Below are positions 57,480-64,000 of a stretch of 64,000 bases of DNA, piece after piece. The notes under the pieces are model-generated. The model saw only the letters and a program-made list of their open reading frames with translations, was not told the origin of the DNA and searched no databases. Origin of the DNA: Cirrosporium novae-zelandiae (Eukaryota); assembly GCA_026023565.1 (NCBI GenBank), contig JAPETS010000006.1, positions 682,001 to 746,000 of the forward strand, given 5' to 3'. The stretch's first letter is position 1. The number at the start of each line of letters is the position of its first letter. The position numbers were made by a program, and so were the translations under genes.

Positions 57480-58600
57480 ATCTCAAATTAATAGATAGAC
57501 AGATAGACAGATAGACAGATAGACAGACCAAGTCTACGTGAATGTTTCTCTCCCATGTTTTCCAAGATTAGGTTGGTTTAAACATTTATTTCTCTCTCTC
57601 TCTTTCTCTCTTTCTCTCTCTCTATAGAGGAGACAGACTAACTACCTAAGTTTATAAATCCCCATTCCCATTTAATAAGATTCCATATAGATATGCATCT
57701 ATGTCCGCATCTATGTACGCAACGTAACTTACTGATCTGATAAACAGGTAGTTAGCTAGCTAGGACCTACCTACCTGCGTTTAAGAGTGACTGTCTTGTA
57801 TATATATGTTAAGCCAATTCAAACCAAACCCACCAAGATCAAAAGCCCTTCTACACCATACATACATACCGTGTTGCTCTAACAAACCCCAAACCCCAAA
57901 CCCCAAACCCCACTCTCCTCTCCTCTGCTCCCGATATAATATAAATCCCCATATCCCCATCCATACCCATCCCCCATCCATACCTATCCCATAATCCAAA
58001 AAAAAAACTTTCAACCTAGCCTGCAACTTAGTTACCTAAATAATGATCCATTATCCATTTACCTACGTTCGCTACTGCTACAAAGTATAAAGTATAAACA
58101 CCCAATATAAATGTGATATCCCAATTCCAATCCCATAATTTCAAACCAACCAACCAGCTACTGTAACCACAACTAAGCTTGCAAGCTAGTTTAGTTTAGT
58201 TTAGTTTGGTTTGGTTTATATATCTAGTACCTAACCCACGCGTATCGTATGGACCTACAAAATATATAGTCTACTCTACTCTTAACATGATATAATAAAT
58301 ATCCCATAATTTGGAAAAAATGGCTTTCAACTAGCTAGCCATCCATCGCTACCACCCACCATGCCTACACACGTTATAAGCACATAGTCAAGTCTTGTGC
58401 TGTATATAACGGGGAGGAAAGGAAGGAAGCAAGCAAGCAAGAGAAGGCTATCTATCTACCTAACCACCTTCTCTTGAAGCTTCCCACACAAGCTTCAACT
58501 CAACCCAACTAGCTCAGCTTAGCTAACCTAACCCAATCCACCTACTGTACCCACCTAACTGGGTACTAACGCAAAAGTAACGTGAATGGTGACCTTCTCC
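57480..58600. repeat. Microsatellite/low-complexity intergenic island ((AGAT/AGAC)n, (CT)n, (AAACCCC)n, (TAGTT)n)
   Basis: Simple repeats read directly between convergent GND1 and LSM12-like genes. Confidence 0.85.
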
Positions 58601-58621
58601 CTTCACACACATATATAGCTC

Positions 58622-59616
58622 CTAACCCCCTTTCCTCTGCGCCTGTCCCACACTCGCACCCGCACCAGCCTCCCTACCCGCAGTGGCAGCTTTCGCCCTC
58701 TCCAAAATCTTTCTCCGCTCCCCCTCAACAACCTTGCGCACCCTCACAAGAGCATGCTGCGCATTCTGCCCCTTTCCCTCAATAGCCTTGCAATCCTCAA
58801 CACGATACGGGGCTTCAATGACAACATTATCACTCACGACCACGTTCTTCGCATCCCAGCGGACCGGCAGAGTTCGAGCGAGGGCATCGAAGATTTCCTG
58901 GCCTTCGCGCGTGACGCCTTTTCCGCGGCGGGCTTGAAGGGCTTTTGCGGCCGCGATGGCGGCTGCTTCGCGTTGTTTTTGGAAGGAGGTGGAGAGAGGG
59001 TGGATGGGGGGTTGGAGGGTTGTGAAGGGGGATGGGGATGAGGATGAGGTGGTGGCGTTGGTGTCGGCGTTGGGGGCGGTTGAAAGGAGGTGGAAGCTTG
59101 TGATCGAGGAGATGGGGATGAAGGTCATGGAGCGTTGAACTGTGGAGATGGCGACGAGTGAGGTTATCGGGTCGCAGGCGAAGATTGTGCCTTCGTGCAT
59201 TTGGGGGTTTGCGCCCGCGGTTGTGATTTTGACTCTGCCCATGAGAAGGAATAAATTAGCATTGGATATTCATGAGGGGGAGCTGGCGCAATTCGTGAGA
59301 GAGAAGGTGAGGTGGTGGTGATGATGTCCTTTTTGTTTTAGAAAAAAGTTCAAGTTTATTGCTTGTGGGATATATATACATTGTGTGGGATGTATACATG
59401 ATGATTATTCGCTGCTTTATGTCCACAGTAGGATGTATATATAAAATAAGATGGTGTTTTGAAAACTCACCTCGCTCCGATGGCATGAACCAATGCCGTC
59501 TCCAGAGGTGCTATCGAGGTGCCAGAGCCAACATTAATATTGGGAGTTGCGACCGGAACCTTGGGGCCAGTGTTGTGGCGTTTCATAGCCGTCGTCGTGG
59601 TTGTTGTCTCTGCCAT
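58622..59616 (-). CDS. LSM12: Lsm12-like protein (Lsm domain plus anticodon-binding AD domain)
   Basis: 2 exons (59616-59471, 59234-58622). AIGARVKITT...EGTIFACDPIT Lsm-like N-terminus; GVTREGQEIFDALARTLPVRW...V.IEAPY...RVRKVVEGER AD domain. Confidence 0.8.
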
Positions 59617-59798
59617 ATTCGCAACTTATTTCACCCAACCCACATATGCACAGGCACACACGGAAATATCCAGATCTAAGCGGGCGCTTGCTGCAGGAGT
59701 TGCTACTTGGCTCTTAAACCCAACCTGGGAAAGAGAACATAGGTGGCGGCGAGTGTTTTTTTTTTACTCGGGTGAAGGAAGGGAAGGCAAAGGCAAGC

Positions 59799-59857
59799 GC
59801 TGGTGCTGCTGGTGCTGCTGGTGCTGCTGGTGCTGGTGCTGGTGCTGATGTTGCTGG
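59799..59857. repeat. (TGG/TGC)n trinucleotide-derived repeat upstream of LSM12-like gene
   Basis: tggtgctgc units read directly; (CAG/CAC)n on the LSM12 sense strand. Confidence 0.85.
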
Positions 59858-60661
59858 TCTGCGTCCTCAGACGAACAACGAGGAAAAAAACTAACTACAG
59901 TAAAATCCGAGACAAAAGGAAACTTAGTTTTATAAAGTTCCTCCAGGGTGTGTGTGCGGATGGGTCTGTTGTTGTAGAAAGTGCGAGGAAGGGGAAGAGA
60001 CGTCAAGAATTAGAGTGAATTTCTGGATAGGCGAAAAAAAAAGAGGGACAAGAATGAAAGGAGAGGGATAAAGGGTAATCCAGCTCTGGGGGAGAGAGAA
60101 AGAGGTGGAAGGTGGGTCTTTGTAAATATTACCCCCCTCGTCCTCAGTTTCACGCCTTTGTTGTGTTCAAAGGGGAAGAATGAATTCTAAGGGACATAAA
60201 GGACAAGTTGGGAATCCTTGAAGAACTGAGGATGATGCATTGCTGAAATCGGTTTAGCTTTGTTCGTGTCATCTCGTGTTCCTCCACCACCTCCACCACC
60301 ACTGCCACCATCTGCACAACAACCTCCTCTTTCTCCCTGTCATCCCTGTTATATCTCGTTTCATTAATCCCCATTACATATTATCTGAAAATTAAAAATG
60401 AATCTTGTCATTCTCACTCATCCTGCTAGTCGTACTACCTAAGTATTGCCCCAATGTATGCCCTACCTGAGAGCTCTGTCATTCTACCTAGTCTTGCAAT
60501 GCTCTTCCTGAGAGTCATCTTCTCGTTCATCATCATATCGTTATTTCCCTTTTTGATCTTTCCATCAATGCCCTTTTTTTTAGTTTCCAATGCCAATTTT
60601 CCATAGCCTCCCTTCATATGCACATTTTTATCTGCCAGACCCCCTCTTCCTTCCCTTGATT

Positions 60662-63600
60662 CTAGTTCTTGGGCATTCGTGTCGACATACTACAGCAAAG
60701 GGGAGTAAAGTCAGTCATAAGTGACTTCTCTGAAAAATGAAATAGTAATAAATTGAAGTAAAGGAAAAGAGAGACATACAAATCGAAAAAGGCAAATTGA
60801 CTTGGATTGCTGCCGAATTCATAAACAAAGCGACTGGCGAGGAAGCTGCCAAAGATTGAGCGAAGATAGTTTTCGGGAACCTAAATAGACAGACATTATT
60901 AGCATTTTCAAATAATATGGCTTGGAAGGAGTGGAGGTATTTGACTGACCCGCTTCAAAATTGTATCCAATCCGATCTTTTCTAGTAGCAACTTTGGCAA
61001 TGCATCCGAGAGTACACTCCTCCGCAACGGAACATTCTCCCATAGTCCGGATTGTTTTAGATCCTCATCCAAGGACGTGATAGCCACACTCAAGACATCA
61101 CTAATGATACTCCTTGGTTTACCAGTCTGCTGGTGCTCCCGCCAAATGGCTTCAAATTCAAGACGTGCATTATTCTTGATGATAGATTGAACTTCTTTAA
61201 CATAGGCATCATAGAAAGCTGGTGCTGTGCCATCATCACTATGACACATATTTTCCACGAAACCTTTGTCATCAAAGGAGAGGGATGCAAGAACCTCAAG
61301 CGATGACGATGTTACGCCGCCCTTGTTAGCAGAAGCATCTTTGTAAAGAACGCATCCTGCCTTTTCAAGACGGATCTTAGCGTCTTGGGTGATAAAGAGG
61401 TTGGCGCCTTCTACAATGTATGGGACGATTGATTTGCCATCAACAATGAGATTGTGCACAGAACTGAGGTCAATGGATTCAGGTCGTCCTCCACATGGTA
61501 CAAAGAGATCGAATGCACGACCTGGGAGTAGGTGGAAGCGATTGCGGAAGATGGTACCGTTAGTGACAATTTCGCCGCTGGGGAGGGGAACATTGGTTTC
61601 ATCGACGAGAACCCGGTAGCCCTGTTTCGAGAGCTTGGAAATGTCGAACTCGGAGATCATAGCACGCTTCTTGGCAAGCCTTACGAGCTCTGCACGATCA
61701 AGACCTTCGGGATCAACAAGAACGCCTGAACCATCCACGATAGCCGTGTATTTTTCATTGCCTAGCAGAATTTCGTTGGAGCCAAGATCACCGTCTGGGC
61801 CACCAGTTTGCAGCTTTCTAATGCTTCCGGGGTCAAGGTTCTTCTTGCGATAAATACCAAGGATATATTCCCGTACCGAGAGTGTGGTCATCCCATACAC
61901 GTCATGAGGGATGCCTCCTAGCTTGGGACTCTTTCCAGTGAAAAACGACTTCCACCAAGGTGCACCTCGCGCTCTTGCATGCTCAGTAGCCCAGTCTACC
62001 AAATCGGCAGTGTTCTCATCTGGACCCATGAACAAAATCTCCTCCTGACCATAGAGATCTACGATCGGGTCCTTTATTCCGGGACTATTTGCTGGCAGAA
62101 GAAGGTCCATAATACTATCAATGTACTTCTCAAATGCAACCTTCACCTTGTCCTGGTGATCCTTATCCAGTAAGATCACACCTTTCGAACCTCCCTCTGG
62201 GATGTCCTTGTTCTTGCGCTGTTGAGTGTTGGCAAGATTGTAGTTTTCGTCGAATATCGAGCGTGCATTGATAGAATAGGCTTCGGCATTTCTTGACTTA
62301 ACAATACGAATACCACCCCTTGCAATATCCCGGAATCGTAAATGAAAACCACGGAACTCTGAGCTGATAACCAAGAACATACCGAAGAGGGGCTGGGGGT
62401 ATTCAGCCGGAGGTAAGAAGTCGGGTTTGAGTCGGAAACTCAAAGCGACCTTTGTGGGGGTGTAGAAATTGGTTTTAAGCACCGCCTTATTAAAGACTCG
62501 GAATGCTGTCAATACCAACCCGTCGTGCTCGTTCTCTACCGTCTTGGCAATTATAGTCTGAAGCTCTGTATCACCTAGGACCTTGTCAACCTTCAAGCGA
62601 AGGTAACTAAGTGTGGGAATGAAGTCGTCTTGCTGTCCACGCGTCTGAACGTAATGGGTATCCGCAAAGTTCAGGTACAGCGAGTGTATTAAATCAGGGT
62701 ATTTGTAAATAATCTCAAGAATGTAATCAGGGGTAAAGGTCTCAGTTCGAAATCGTTTCTTGATCTTTGAAAGTAGTTCTGCATGAACACTGTTGCTGGG
62801 ATTCAGCAGTGAGACCAAGGAAGTATATTCCGATCCCAAGCGGTTCAGGAAATGTTGTGTGAACACCCAGACGCAATGAGCATAAATTGTTTCTTGCAAA
62901 CTTAGACGACCCCTTGCAAAGTGGCCTTGTAGTTTGTTTTGGGGAACGCAGTATAGCAACGACACTTCCTTCATGATCTGGTGGATCGAAGACTCGATAG
63001 GAGGATGCTTTTCCTGGCCATTAGGTAGAGGACGTAGATACAAAGACATGATAGTCATCCCATTGGAGAATTGCTCCACGTATTTTCTCGAACTAGTGAG
63101 ACCGTAATAATGATAAAGGTCGGAAAGGGCGCTGCATAGGCCCATTGCTGATCCTTGTTTGTACGCAATCACAAGCCTTTTCTCCCTGCTACCCTCAACT
63201 TCGAACATTTCGATGACAGGCCCTGCTCGCACAATCCCATGAGTAATAACCTCCTGGTAGATGGTCTTGGTGTTTTTGGTGGCCTTTTGAAGAAATCTCT
63301 TGTCGCCAATAACTTCAATGTTTGTTTCCTCCGGACTTGGATCAGCATTCGCAAAATTACATTTGTACACAAACCAGCATCGCAGAGATTGGTTGTTATC
63401 TCCTGGGAGAGCGCTTGAAGAACGAAATGTTTCAACACGATAACTGGTTTTGGCATTCGAGCCATTGAGGTATTTTTCGTCTATTCGTGTCTCGTATCTC
63501 GGTCCCTCGATATTGGCAATTCCAGGTCTACTCGTATCAATATACACCGCGTGGTCTGCATCTTCTCTATCCAGGCGAATGCCCAAGCGGCCATCATCTC

Positions 63601-63774
63601 TTGCATACGCAGCCACCTTGGCAGCATATAGGGAAAGAATTTGGTTCACAATTGACTCGGCCGTCTCTGTTTGGAAAAAGCTATCGTCAATGCCTAGCAT
63701 ATTGTAAAACCATTCGGTCTCGGATTGGACAAATTCAGTGGGAATGAAGTTCTTGGTTTCGAGAATGTCCATCA
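60662..63774 (-). CDS. GDH2: NAD-specific glutamate dehydrogenase (large, Gdh2/GdhB type); first exon(s) lie beyond the right edge
   Basis: Large exon 63774-approx. 60949 plus two small 3' exons ending FMSTRMPKN* at 60662. Motifs GFHLRFRDIARGGIR, QQRKNKDIPEGGSKG, GPDENTA, TGGPDGDLGSN and KDASANKGGVTSSSLE. Confidence 0.96.
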
Positions 63775-64000
63775 CTAAAAGACCAATTAGTATAATTTCA
63801 AGATCTTATAGAAAATCACCAAAACATGAGATAGAAATTCATAGTTCGTCTGGTTGAAAGCCGTATCAACACCTAGACTTGTGTAAATGCGATTCACCTG
63901 ATAGGAAATCTAGCACACAAAGACTCTAGGGGCGTTTACAGCCTACATGACTTGCACTTCGACCACACATTTTGTTTAATCTTCACTGGGGGGGGCTGAT

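Noticed and set aside
1..64000. tRNA, rRNA, CRISPR arrays, telomeric repeats, intact transposons
   Set aside because: I saw no cloverleaf with a proper T-arm, no repeat-spacer array, no (TTAGGG)n tract and no transposase/RT/integrase ORF by eye; small RNAs could still be missed without Infernal/tRNAscan.

Overview
This is eukaryotic, intron-containing DNA from a filamentous ascomycete (Pezizomycotina-like): short GT-AG introns with CTRAY branch points and typical fungal gene families. I reconstructed about 22 protein-coding genes by hand-splicing. They are an Apn1-like N-terminus, an MFS/Dal5-type permease, a PTR2 peptide transporter, a secreted App1-like HAD phosphatase, a group II PLP decarboxylase, proline iminopeptidase, CENP-K, a 3xKH RNA-binding protein, a BTB protein, an ABM-fold protein, Zn2Cys6 and C2H2 transcription factors, an SLC35C2-like transporter, a GH15 hydrolase, JHD1, SF3B6/p14 (absent from the ORF track), an SDR, a trans-enoyl-reductase-like MDR, IMP3, a Cys-rich unknown protein, RBM42, GND1, LSM12 and GDH2 (5'-truncated). 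I saw no tRNA, rRNA, CRISPR array or intact transposon. The strongest unexpected signals are in RNA processing. (1) GND1 contains a 58-nt AT-AC intron with U2-type signals. (2) GND1 intron 1 hides a frame-preserving 57-nt cassette exon folded into a hairpin that pairs with its own 5' splice site. (3) A GDH2 intron contains a long hairpin whose G-U pairs form only on the transcribed strand. The window is also a compositional mosaic, with microsatellite-rich islands and alternating C-rich/G-rich blocks. All exon coordinates were read by eye and no database searches were run.
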